From Chlorokybus atmophyticus (Eukaryota; Plantae; Mesostigma and Chlorokybus algae), in contig RHPI01002503.1 of the NCBI GenBank assembly GCA_009103225.1, forward strand, positions 873,585-937,584: 64,000 nt of DNA, written 5' to 3'. This document shows positions 29,483 through 40,631 of the stretch, piece by piece; the first letter of the stretch is position 1, and every line of letters begins with the position of its first letter. A program made the position numbers and the translations under genes. The notes beneath the pieces were generated by a model that searched no databases, was not told the DNA's origin, and worked only from the letters and a program-made list of their open reading frames with translations.

Positions 29483-30663
29483 CTCTCCTGCAAGCTTTAT
29501 GCTCTTGCACCTGTGATACGCACCATGTGTGCCCCCCCCCCCTTTTCCATGAAGGCAAGGCTTGCACCACATGTACTGGTGAGTCCAAACCACTACTACT
29601 TTCGCTGCTTACACAATGTTAGGATTAGTTTATGCTTTGGTCAATACTCGTCCATGGGAGGCTGAGTTGTTGTCGTGCAGGCTAAATGTACAGGATATGC
29701 GCAGGGCTGTATGTATCTTATTCTAATACTTTGGTGTGATGCTCCCTTGCATGCAAGACGTGTACAGAAGATGCGTCAGAGAATGTGCATATGTCAATCT
29801 AGCATATGCTGATTCCATTGTACTGGGTATCATGTGTACGTGCACGAGTTATCAGAAGCAAGGTTTGCACCTCCCAGCACCATGTTCACAATCCAGCAGT
29901 AACCAACATTGATTCAAGAGGAGTGGTGTTAGCTGCATTAGCTAGCGCCATCACAGGATGATGGCTGGCGTGCATGCTTCCTTACACCTCGCAGCGTCAA
30001 TGCCAATCGCTAGAATGGTCGAAGCCTTGGCGAGCGCAGGGCACTTATATAGTTTGGCTGTGCTCAAAAGTAGATGAGCGCAATTGGCATTGATAGCAAG
30101 GTTTCACAGAACGACATAAATCTTGGTTACGGTGTACTTTCAAATACGACACTCACGCAAGTGTTCGACTTTTCACAGCTGCTATTATGCATCGCACACG
30201 ACCGCGTTCCAAACACACTTCACCACACTACACGCGACACGAGCATGGTTGTGCTACTTGCATCCCCCCTGTACAAGCGGTGAACTAAAACCTTTGCGGC
30301 GTACGTCCAGTACCTAGTTGACATCTTGTAGCCTTCTTGGCTAAGCTGAATTGGCTTGGCCCCCCCTTCAATGATCTTTTAGTGTTTGGGCCAAGTGTTT
30401 GGGCCAAACACCCCACTTAAGAAGCCCTTCCTTGGTTGCCCTTGCAGACTACCTCGCGCATAACATGTACATATGCACACGCACGTATGCAAGCCTCGGC
30501 AACACACCCACACAACCTCTGCTAGTGCCGCCAACCCTCCCCGAGCATTGCACAACACAGCATTCTCGCGCCCAACCGGTGATTGCAACGTGGAACTGTA
30601 CATGCATGTACAACGGGGAGGGCTAGTAGAGTAGGGTAGTGCAGAAGCCTGATGGTAACTACT

Positions 30664-30983
30664 TTGTGTGTAGGTAAGTAATTGTGTCCAAGTGATGTTG
30701 GAGTGGTGTGCATGTTCCGTAGTGTTACGTGTGCACAACAGCATGTCATATACCATATACACATGCCGCACATCGGCATCTTGCTTGACTGGTAGTAACT
30801 CTTCATAGCTTCACCTGGCACACTTGTGTGTAGGTAAGTAATTGTGTGCAAGTGATGTTGGAGTGGTGTGCATGTTCCGTAGTGTTACGTGTGCACAACA
30901 GCATGTCATATATCATATACACATGCCGCACATCGGCATCTTGCTTGACTGGTAGTAACTCTTCATAGCTTCACCTGGCACAC
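30664..30983. repeat. Tandem duplication, 160-bp unit x2
   Basis: 30664-30823 vs 30824-30983; two mismatches seen (tcc/tgc, tac/tat). Confidence 0.95.
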
Positions 30984-31743
30984 GTGCTTCTGCTGCCGCC
31001 ACTGATGACTGTGCAGCTGTCATGACACGGCTTTTTATGTTGCACACATGGTGCACAAGTAAAGAGTGTTGGAGCTTCAATTCTCCGTACGTGAACACGA
31101 CGGCAACTGGCGTTTGAGTGATACAGTTGGCAGTTGAGATGTCAATTCAACAGGTCCACATCGTTTGACTTGGCTGAAGTTGAGTGCATGTCGCATATGC
31201 ACCTGGTCTGTGCTGGGTGTGTACTGAAAATAAAAAATAAAAATGTACTGGGTAGGCAACTCTGTGTCAAGACATGGTGTTGGGTTTAGCGTCAAGTGGG
31301 CCCAATCTTAGAACTTCGAGGGCAACAATGCCATTCACGTGTGCTATCCGTGCAACTTACCAACTCGTGACAAGTCAACAGAAGCGACGCTGCAGTGCCT
31401 GTTGATACGGCTATGGCAGTGGCAGCAGTGTTTCCATGTCCAATTCGGAATTGCAAGTAACCAACCATGGCTCGAACTTGACGACCAACCGCGGTGTGTG
31501 TGACGCGCACTTGCCCACATTCAATAAATGAGGCTAGCATGCTTATGCGTGCCGTGCGCGTTAGTAGGAGTGGAAGCATGCCCCCTTCATGGCGACCCAG
31601 TTTGGTGGGAGATGCGCTGCGCTTGCGTCATGAGATATGCCATGGCTGGTGTAGCGTACCACATGATGATGGCACCATCACGAGCTGTAAGCGCCTTATA
31701 ACACCGATGCTTTCACCTTTCAGTGAGCATGCGACTGCCAGTG

Positions 31744-32964
31744 TCATTGCCTGCGTCCGCGGCTTTTCTTGTTACTGGGCTGCGCTGCTGCTTGTGATGG
31801 CGCTGTTTCCATTGGAACTGCAGAAACTGGCTCTGTCACAAAGACAATGTAGTAAGAAAGCTGATTACGCACACACAAAGGCGCGCGCAGCTACGCAGGC
31901 ACCTCAGCCTACGTGCACGCATGCACACATACGCACACACATGTGCATGCAAGTGCGTGCGTGTGGCTATGTGGATCACAATTGACAGGATTGCGAGTAG
32001 CAAAAGAGATGCATAGGTATCAGCATAGTACATGAATGCTTGACTCAGGCACATGTAATGCTAGATCGCTTACCATCCAGTCCGCAGGCCATTAGCGTGA
32101 AAAAGAGGTTGTTGAGGCGCTCCATCTTCTTCAGATCTTGCGCCTGGTCCGTCTTGTACTTGAGACACTGCGAGGCCAGTGGACATAGTTGCCCCGACTG
32201 TTGTGTCTCACACTGGACGCCTCTTAGACACTGATGACAATACACAACAGAATGCACACGACAGGTGGCACAGTACTAGCATCTTTTATGTTATATAATA
32301 TTATATAGTGTTGTATAATAGCTGCCAGCAAGTTGTTGTCACCACCATTGGCGATGGACTGATTAAGATGACCATCAGTGCGCAGCAGAGTAGTTATTTG
32401 TGATACTACAACAATACGTTGCTTGCAGCTATAGGCTCAAGGTCATTGGCTACCAAGTCTTGCCGTCTACTGATACTGCACAATACACGCATCGTTGTAA
32501 CAATCACAGCTCATCTCACCACGACGTCATCGGTGACTTTTAGGACAAGCTTGCCCTCGCAATGCCTGTATTTCACAACGTAGCGCGTCTGTCACAAAAG
32601 GTAAGTTAGAATACCAAACACAATGCGGCTGCATTATGCAAAGCAACACAATGCACACGCACGCTAAGCAACAATGCATGCAGCACCACTTCTCTCTGCC
32701 AGCAGTCTGTGCATGTGCACTGAAGCAAAACAGAAACCAACATGCACAAGCTGCCCACCTTGAGCGGATTGGCGCGGTACAGCATCTCCGCCTTGTCCAA
32801 GAAGTCATCAAAGCCTGCGGAGCAGCCACAAAGTGCAGGCATTAACACACTAAGCAAAGCAAGCACGATAAGTAAGTGTTTGTCCTCTCCTACACAGACA
32901 GACATGCATGAAAACCTCAACTCGCCAATCCATGCACACTGTCCTTACTGTCAATGTAGACCAT
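31744..32964 (-). CDS. SRP9: Signal recognition particle 9 kDa subunit, 5 exons
   Basis: MVYIDSFDDFLDKAEMLYRANPLK/TRYVVKYRHCEGKLVLKVTDDVV/CLKYKTDQAQDLKKMERLNNLFFTLMA...KKSRGRRQ*. Confidence 0.95.
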
Positions 32965-33175
32965 CCTGGCTGGCCCGCCAGCAGCAACGCTCCGCCGTCG
33001 TCACCGCCGCCGCTCCATTGTCTCCAGCAGGAGCCTGGATCAGGCGGACTGCTCTTACTTTCTCAACCAGGCAACGACCCCTCAGCTTTTAGTACACCAG
33101 CAGCCGCAGCGTCGCCGTCGCCGTTGTCGTTGTCGTTGTCGTTGGCGGCGGTGGCGGAGTGGAAGTCAGCGAGAT

Positions 33176-33184
33176 TTAGGGTTT
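33176..33184 (-). promoter_or_regulatory. Telo-box upstream of SRP9
   Basis: TTAGGGTTT, reading AAACCCTAA on the SRP9 sense strand. Confidence 0.7.
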
Positions 33185-33231
33185 GCGTATACCCGGTCTG
33201 ACGAGCCCCTGTTTCTAAGCATGTAAACACC

Positions 33232-33233
<2 letters not shown>

Positions 33234-33293
<60 letters not shown>
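33234..33293. repeat. (GA)30 microsatellite upstream of SRP9
   Basis: Direct reading. Confidence 0.98.
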
Positions 33294-33296
<3 letters not shown>

Positions 33297-34296
33297 CTTG
33301 CGTGTTTACATGATAACATAAGCCACTTACTTAAATATAATAATCTTATGTGTCTTCTGTGTTTCTTGATGCCGATAATATGCCGTAAAGACACGTACAT
33401 TACAATCCACACTCACCTTTACAAATTCTGTTTCACTTCAACCTTTCCTCGTAATGAACTAAACAGTCGGTGAATTGCATTGATGTTAAAAGTAAAATGA
33501 CTTGTAGTATATATGAATATAAATATAAAGTCACACCCCAAGGTAATCGATAATTATTCTGGGGTCTCTACGATATACGATCGGGCATGACGGCGGACTC
33601 TGCGGAGCTGAAGAGCATTATCGTTGTTGTCGGTCACATCGTAAACGATCTGCCTCTGCCCCTCTCTCCCCTCATTCCGCCCTTATGTTGCATTGCGAGG
33701 TGTACAGAACTGCTTCTCTCCATTCTGAGATCTTGCATGCACGTGCCTTGCCATTGTTTTTGTCATCTGCAAGCATCAAGCCACACCCATAATTGCAGTT
33801 GCTTTGCCTAAGTGTTTGTCCGTTGCTTGCTATGATGTTGCCCTGTTGTTGTTCACATAATTTTTATTTGTACATCATAGGCAAATTCTTATTTGTTCAT
33901 CATAGGCAAATCTGCCTCATTATTATACCCTATATTAATCATGCACACAACTTAATAATGCACTCATATTACACCGTATTAAATGGAATCAATTGATACG
34001 TACAAAATTCATTTATCAGTCATCGATCGAGTTGTGTATTGCTTAGATCACATTTCCGCTGCAGGAGCATTATGGAACAACATGCGGAGCGAACAAATAA
34101 ATAAGCATGACGGTGTAGTTTTGCATTATTTAATCATGAACGATATAATCTTATGATTTGCACATAGGCTACCGTGCAATGCGCCAATATATGAAAAACT
34201 GCAATCATTATAAAGCCTTTCTAGTTTGCGTACAATTAATATTGCAAATGCGCAAGCAACTTGTACCGAATGCAAAAGGTCACGGCCATAGAGTTA

Positions 34297-34686
34297 GCGA
34301 AATTCACTCTCTGTCACTTACTTGATGGTAAGAACGTGGATGTGTGCTACTTGTGTGGACTATGTGGTTCATGTGGACTTGTCGAGATGTGTAGTGCTTG
34401 GTAGGTTGAACCACACGGACACGTCCCTATCTCCTTTGGACGCTTGTACACAGTACTACACAAAGTATTGATATGTGCTAGCAGCTCTGTGCGAGATTCA
34501 CTCTCTGTCACTTACTTGATGGTAAGAACGTGGATGTGTGCTACTTGTGTGGACTATGTGGTTCATGTGGACTTGTCGAGATGTGTAGTGCTTGGTAGGT
34601 TGAACCACACGGACACGTCCCTACCTCCTTTGGACGCTTGTACACAGTACTACACAAGGTATTGATATGTGCTAGCAGCTCTGTGC
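34297..34686. repeat. Tandem duplication, 194-bp unit x2
   Basis: Copies start at 34297 (gcgaaattcactctct) and 34491 (gcgagattcactctct); about three substitutions seen. Confidence 0.95.
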
Positions 34687-34708
34687 TAGCACATATCAAT
34701 ACCTTGTG
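34653..34708. repeat. Perfect inverted repeat, 25-bp arms, 6-nt loop
   Basis: cacaaggtattgatatgtgctagca-gctctg-tgctagcacatatcaataccttgtg. Confidence 0.97.
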
Positions 34709-34722
34709 CACAGAGCTAACCC

Positions 34723-34781
34723 CAAAGTGACATTAACTGCCTGAAGCAGCTGAGCTGCTACAGGCAGTTAATGTCACTTTG
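34723..34781. repeat. Inverted repeat: 21 bp, 1 mismatch, 6 bp, 3-nt loop
   Basis: caaagtgacattaactgcctg-a-agcagc-tga-gctgct-a-caggcagttaatgtcactttg. Confidence 0.97.
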
Positions 34782-37327
34782 ACGCTGTCTGCCTCTATGT
34801 ATCTGCCACAGGCAGCAGTAAGCTGTTGATGGCATATTGTGTTGTCCTGTGTTGGACAGTTCAAATGACCCTGGGTTGATGTTCTGCGATGGGACAAGTG
34901 CTTTGTTGGACATGTGGGCCTTGGAAATGCACCTTAAACCTATGTTAATGGTTCAAAGGTAAACCATGAGAGTCCTTATGTAGAGCACATGTCATGCCAG
35001 GTCAGCACACAGTGACAAGGCCTTATTGGTCTTGGACACTTGTAGTGTCAGGTCGGGGAGGGCAGCAAGTGAGTATATAAGCTTATGTAAGCTTTAAGTG
35101 GGAATCATGGTATGCACTATTGGAGAGTCACTTGTGTGTGGGGTGCCTGACTAAGAGCTGTTCAAGAGGCCCTCCCCCTTACCTCCCTTCTAGGGTGGTT
35201 GTGTGAGTACTTGGCAAAGGAAGTTGTTCCAGATGGGCGTCCTCTTCCTCCTTGGCGTGGAGCTGCTAGGCTGCTCCTGTGGTGTCTTGCCGATGTACCA
35301 AGTGGTACTTAGCACACAAGTTGTGTTGCTGGACTTCCTCCTAGCTAAAGTTGTGTTGTGCTTGTGCATAAGTGTGCGGTGTCTACAAGTAAGTTAGTGT
35401 GGAAACATCACAAAATGCGTGATGAAAATGGAAACGTGCTCACGTATGTACGCATATATAATCATACACACAACATTGTATTGAAACACGCGCAAAAGTG
35501 CAACTAATCATACATTCAACATGTCACTTGGTTCATAATTACCATTACTGCAGGTATACAATGTACAGGATAAGCACGAGGCTGTCAGAAGCATGCACTT
35601 CACCATAAACGAGTAATAATATGCTGTATTTATAGTAGCAATCATGATGTCGCACTAGCAGCCCTCGGCACGCCCTTCCCCCTCGCACAGCTCCTCAAGC
35701 AGCAGTTTGCCTCATCGACATCCGGATCCACCGATCCGCTCGAGGCAGCCGCTATCACCAAGTACTCCGGACTACCCTTCAAAGCGCGCCGCGTGCCAAC
35801 CCTGGCCCCATCCAATCCGCCGCCGCCATCTATAGCGGCGGGCCGCGTCGACTGCCAGCGGCGACCTCCGCCAATCAGGAGCCAGGGTCTATGGCAGTGC
35901 CGACAACTACAAAGGGACTCCCCGCAGGACGCGTCGGCGGGAAGTTGCAAGTGAATGGACTGGAGCCGAAGCGGCGGTGACACTGCCGGAAACTGAACAG
36001 CTGACCACGTAGAAGTAGTGCGACTAGGTTGTGTTGCTTAGCACCGGTTGTGGGTTGTGTGTTACTAGTGGGCACCCTGCCTTAGCAGACCACTGCCCAG
36101 ACTTGACTTTGCTAAAGCTCTTCAAAGGTGTGAGTGTTTGTTATTGTGGTTGTGGTCACCGCGTCTGCTGCCTGCATACCGCATCTCCTCATTGCTGCCA
36201 CATTGCTCGCGCACAGCGGTCAGCCAATGTTGTCGCAACTGTGCCTGCTCGTACATGTGTGCCTGGAGCTTGCAGCGTGTAAACTCATTTCACTTAGCTG
36301 AAACATACCACGAGTGCATAGTGTGACTGCTGTGTGCCTTTCTCAAGCCATCCCCTATCTGGAGCTTGTTGAGTGAGTAACAACTGCCTGCTGGCTATCC
36401 CATACTGCGCTGCTACCCGTAGTCTTCACCTCTACTTTGCTTGCTTGCCACTCCTTCCCCCCACCCTTGTGTATTACTGCGGAACGCTTCCAGTGTGCCC
36501 TTTTGCTCGTTTTCTGGTGTTGCCGCACTGCGAGACGCACTCGGCCGTCGAGCCTGCCTTGCACGACAATGATTAAGCTACTGTCACATAAGTATTATGT
36601 ACATAATGCCGGCGATCAAGCGACAACATATCATGTACGGTGCTTGAAATAGGAAAAAAAGACAGTGTAATGAGTACAACACAAGCCGTGCGTCGTATCT
36701 TACATACGCAATCATATCTTTTGCATTTGAATCGCTTATGCATCAATGATATTTGAACAACACAATGCATCATGCTTTGCAAATACACCTCATTGCGTAC
36801 TTTGTGCACATAGTAGAAGATAGGGTTGCCCCGGTGGTCATATATGCAGCACTGAGGTGCGTTTGGCTGGCTGTATGTGATGCATGATGCATTGAATAGC
36901 ATGCAAGTATCTGCCTCGCACTTCATCATGTACTACAATAACATGAGTGCAAGCCATGGGGCACGCTTTACTGTGTGCAGATGGACGCATCACAACAGTC
37001 GCAACACCTCTTCACCCACAATCGGGCCTGCTCTCCTTCATGTTGTTGAGTAGCACAGATGGCTGATCAGCCTTTGCATCATCCATCCCAAAGATGGCTT
37101 GGGATTGGGCAAGGAGAGCATGCTATTCTTCAAAAGAGATTTCGAGCATTATACAATGGGCCTATGTGAGAAGCTAGTTCTAGTTATAGCTACTTCATGC
37201 TAATACTGCACTAGCAGGCATACCTTCGCACACATGCACAGAAAGCGCCACAACACCCCTAGCGCAATCAACACGTCTATACACAAAACTGCTTTGATGC
37301 TGCTTACATCACCACCCGTGCACTATG

Positions 37328-39144
37328 CTATGATGCCAGCGTCATCCACCGGTCCAGCCGACTGTGGATGGCAAGCAAAGACTGCGATTCCGCCACAGCA
37401 TACGCGTACGTCGGGGGCTCCTCTTCGGACTCCAGCTGCACCGTTGCAGTGCTGTAATCAGGAGGCTCGTATATGTCTAAAGCTGGCCAGGTATCAGGGC
37501 GAACTTCAAAGCAGCCGGGCCGTGTACATAGGGTGACTGGGATATCAATGTGCAGCTTCTTGAACAGGCCGCGTGTCAACTTCACGCGCACAAAGTATTC
37601 AATGGCAATGATGTTGCAGTTTGATAGGGACGGGTGCAGTGTGCTCGGGATGGGAAGGTCGACTTGAGCCATCAGCTCAGAGCCTCCAGCAAGGTTGCCG
37701 GTCAACTCGGAAATGTTCACACATGAAGCGCGAAACTTCATAGAGTAGTTGGAAGTTTGCACCTGGCACTTTATCACCCTATGCAGCCTCACGGTTGCTT
37801 CTTTAATGGGGATAGCCTGTCCAGGGGACACCTAAGGGCAAGCCGCACATTAACCCACACAGACTGACAAAGTTGCTATAAATCAATATGGTACCATAAT
37901 ACAAGGGAGTTCAGTTAGCACGAACCCATTGCCTGTAGCGTACCTTAACAGTAACGTCAACAGGAATTGTATCGCCCACTGGCCATCCGCGCTTGGCGAT
38001 GTGCGCCGTGAGCTCAACTCGGCCTTCTCCGTTTTTGGATCCATAGTAAGACATGACTGCGCTCGACTCAACACGGGGTTGGGGTAAACACAATGCTGGG
38101 CTGGTCGGGTCCACTAGCGGCTTGACTGTGAAAATCTCGCGCTTTTGCAACTTGGGCAGGTTTAGACCCTGATCAAGGATTGCCTTTGCGTAGTATCGTA
38201 TGTGTCCCGCAGCTGCAGTGTTACAACTATCAAGCCCATCAAACGAGGGAGGGATGAGAGAAGGCGGAGGCACGAGAAAGCTGAAAGGGAATGTGTGTGC
38301 GCCTTCCTCTAGTAAATGTGCAGCATCCTGAGGCACGAAAAACAGACCATCAGTTGTGCAACTCCACAGATAAGTAGACACTGGTGTCCACTAGTGATAT
38401 CGGGCAGTAGACACTTAGTCATCAAAATACATGACTACCACTTGTAGCTTCATTTAACCGGCTGATAGAACTCTAGTAAGTCAGTGGCCACGACTAGCAA
38501 CAATTGAACGAGCAAAAGCCAAACCCTCCACAAAAGCTGCATGCAACTGCGTGCTACCTGTGGCCGTATTGGTGTAACAACGCAGTTATGTACAAGCCCT
38601 ATTTTGCACTGGTGCTACCCTACTAGTCAAGTGAGAGCTCAGTCAAACAGCATAGCACAACAGCAATTGTTACCGAGACAGCATAATCCCAACAAGTGAC
38701 AACATCGCTAAAGGACACGTGCCCATGCCCTATCTACTATGACAGGGGCTGTACCTAATCGTTCAAATTGAACGTGCTGGTGACAGACGTTTGCAGTGTT
38801 TATATTGCACCTAACACATCGGTAAACGATGCATAAAAGCAGCACCACCAAGCAATGTGGTAAACCCCTGGTGGGGTTCAGCATACCTCATTGCCGGGAG
38901 GGTGCAAGAGAACGGCGGTGTCTCGGTAGAGCTTGGAGACGCTCATGATAACATAGTCTCGGGTGCCATACCATCGCACCACGGCGCGGCCCTGGACACG
39001 CAGGCGCAGGGAGCGTGCCACGCAGGGCGCCTTGTTGGCCGGGACCACAACCCTAACCTGCCCCGCAAGCGTGCCCCCCGGGTACACCGACGAGTCGCTC
39101 CCCGCCCACTCTATCGTCACCTCCACCCCGCTAGGATCCCGCAT
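37328..39144 (-). CDS. Alpha-arrestin (Arrestin_N + Arrestin_C) with two C-terminal PPxY motifs, 3 exons
   Basis: VYPGGTLAGQVRV...LRLRVQGRAVVRW; GAHTFPFSFLVP...PSFDG...GHIRYYAKAILD; GWPVGDTIPVDVTV; IEYFVRVKL...LHIDIPVTL; tail motifs PPDY and PPTY. Start assumed at MRDPSG. Confidence 0.88.
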
Positions 39145-39433
39145 GGCGCCAGCAACCCGCAGCGCCCAGCCGCCGACGACGGCGCCAGTGCTGCCCCCAC
39201 GGCCGACTCCGACACGGACGATCCACACACACCTGCCCTACCTCACACCTACTACGCCCCCCCAAACCCACCAGCCGCCACGCCACAGCCACGCCCCAAC
39301 CCTAAGCCACTCCTGGAATCCACCCGTCCACAGCACCGCGCCCTCGTCCTTCTACTCCTCCTCGTCCTCCTCCGCCGCCGCCGCCGCCGCCACCAGTGAC
39401 GCCACAGTTGTGCATGCACAGCCTGAAGCGGCG

Positions 39434-39442
39434 TTAGGGTTT
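39434..39442 (-). promoter_or_regulatory. Telo-box upstream of the alpha-arrestin gene
   Basis: TTAGGGTTT, reading AAACCCTAA on the arrestin sense strand. Confidence 0.7.
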
Positions 39443-39583
39443 GCCCGCCGCACAATTCACTCACCGCGAACGGGGCGCACCGTCTGCAGTCGGTACTTTA
39501 CTCGGTCAAAGTACACTTAGTTAACCGGTAAACAGTCGTACCCTGGTGCACACCCTCCTCTGCGATGCTTTGGCTTGCCTATA

Positions 39584-40617
39584 ATGAACACAAGCCAACC
39601 TGCCTGCCGGCGTGCACGCGCACCGCCACGACGAGCAAACACGCGCTTTGGGCCCCCTCGTTCAAGGTTTGCAAAGACTTTGCAAGCTTCCATTCGCGGA
39701 GCAGTTTTAATAACGATAGGCTGCTTTGAGAATCGCCACTTCCCGCTCTGCAAAATCCACCAGTCTTTAGGGTTCACCTATTGCATGCAGGCTGGCGCCA
39801 AAACGTCTTGCTTTGATCGATTCCGCAAGAGGACAACAAGGTAATCATGGCCACTGATGTAGAAGTCGCCCCGCAGTGTGTATTCGACACGTCGACCATA
39901 ACGACTCCGCACCGTACAGTGCCAGCAGACGTGTTGACATCAGGTGATATCCGCTGCTTGATTGTGCATGAATTTGACATAAGGCATGGATTGCAAAGTA
40001 GGTTACGTACAATAGCCGGTGACTGCAAGTCATGTTTTGGGACTGCTTTGTAGCGGGTACGGTGCCGCTGTGAGGTTCTCAGACTGACACAAGAGTACGA
40101 ATTTCGATATGATCAAAGGTGATTGGGTTGAGCGACTCCTCGCGAGATCCCGGCCTGAAAGTGTATCACGATTCGGGCGATCCTCAGTTCACACTGTTCA
40201 GGCCTTCCCCGCACGTGACTCATTGGAAGGCGCCCCACATCATTGCGGGTCTGCCGCTCAAAACGTATGCGAGACACTGACCCATGCATTACTAAGGAGC
40301 GAACGGTTGCACGCGCACAAGAGAGCGCGAGAGGGAGTTGCATACGGGTGGAGCCTTAAGCCTACTTCTTCAGGCATCAAGGAGGCCTGAGAGTCGAGCT
40401 ACCGTTGACCAGCTCGAGGCTTTTAAGAGAAGCCATTATGAAGCCTCCAGCCATTGGTTTGAATTCCATTTTTCTACCAATTGGCCGGCGCAAATGTGGC
40501 TTTGGCATGATGTCTCGCATGATGTCTCCTTTTTGCTACTACATGGGCATGCACGACGCCAACATTATTTGCGCATGGCTACCTAAACATACTGATAGAG
40601 CCCGTGTGGGCAGGTAA
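39584..40617 (+). CDS. Orphan 6-exon gene model, about 180 aa, no recognised homology
   Basis: Exons 39584-39666, 39791-39840, 39944-40001, 40083-40118, 40202-40264, 40374-40617. All introns are GT-AG and 82-124 nt, and splice phases join into one open frame. Confidence 0.55.
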
Positions 40618-40631
40618 TGCACTTCTAATAT

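Noticed and set aside
33300-33850. Pol III USE+TATA unit (telomerase RNA, U6 or 7SL) near SRP9
   Set aside because: No TCCCACA-type USE correctly spaced from a TATA box, no template region and no recognisable snRNA or SRP RNA sequence.
30664-34686. Repeats considered as a CRISPR-like array
   Set aside because: Only two adjacent units of 160 or 194 bp, no unique spacers, no cas genes, and a eukaryotic context.
35211-35256. Minus-strand RRKRTPIWNNFLCQ, resembling the start of a BED zinc finger (hAT transposase)
   Set aside because: No C-x2-C...H...H completion, no transposase ORF and no terminal inverted repeats found.
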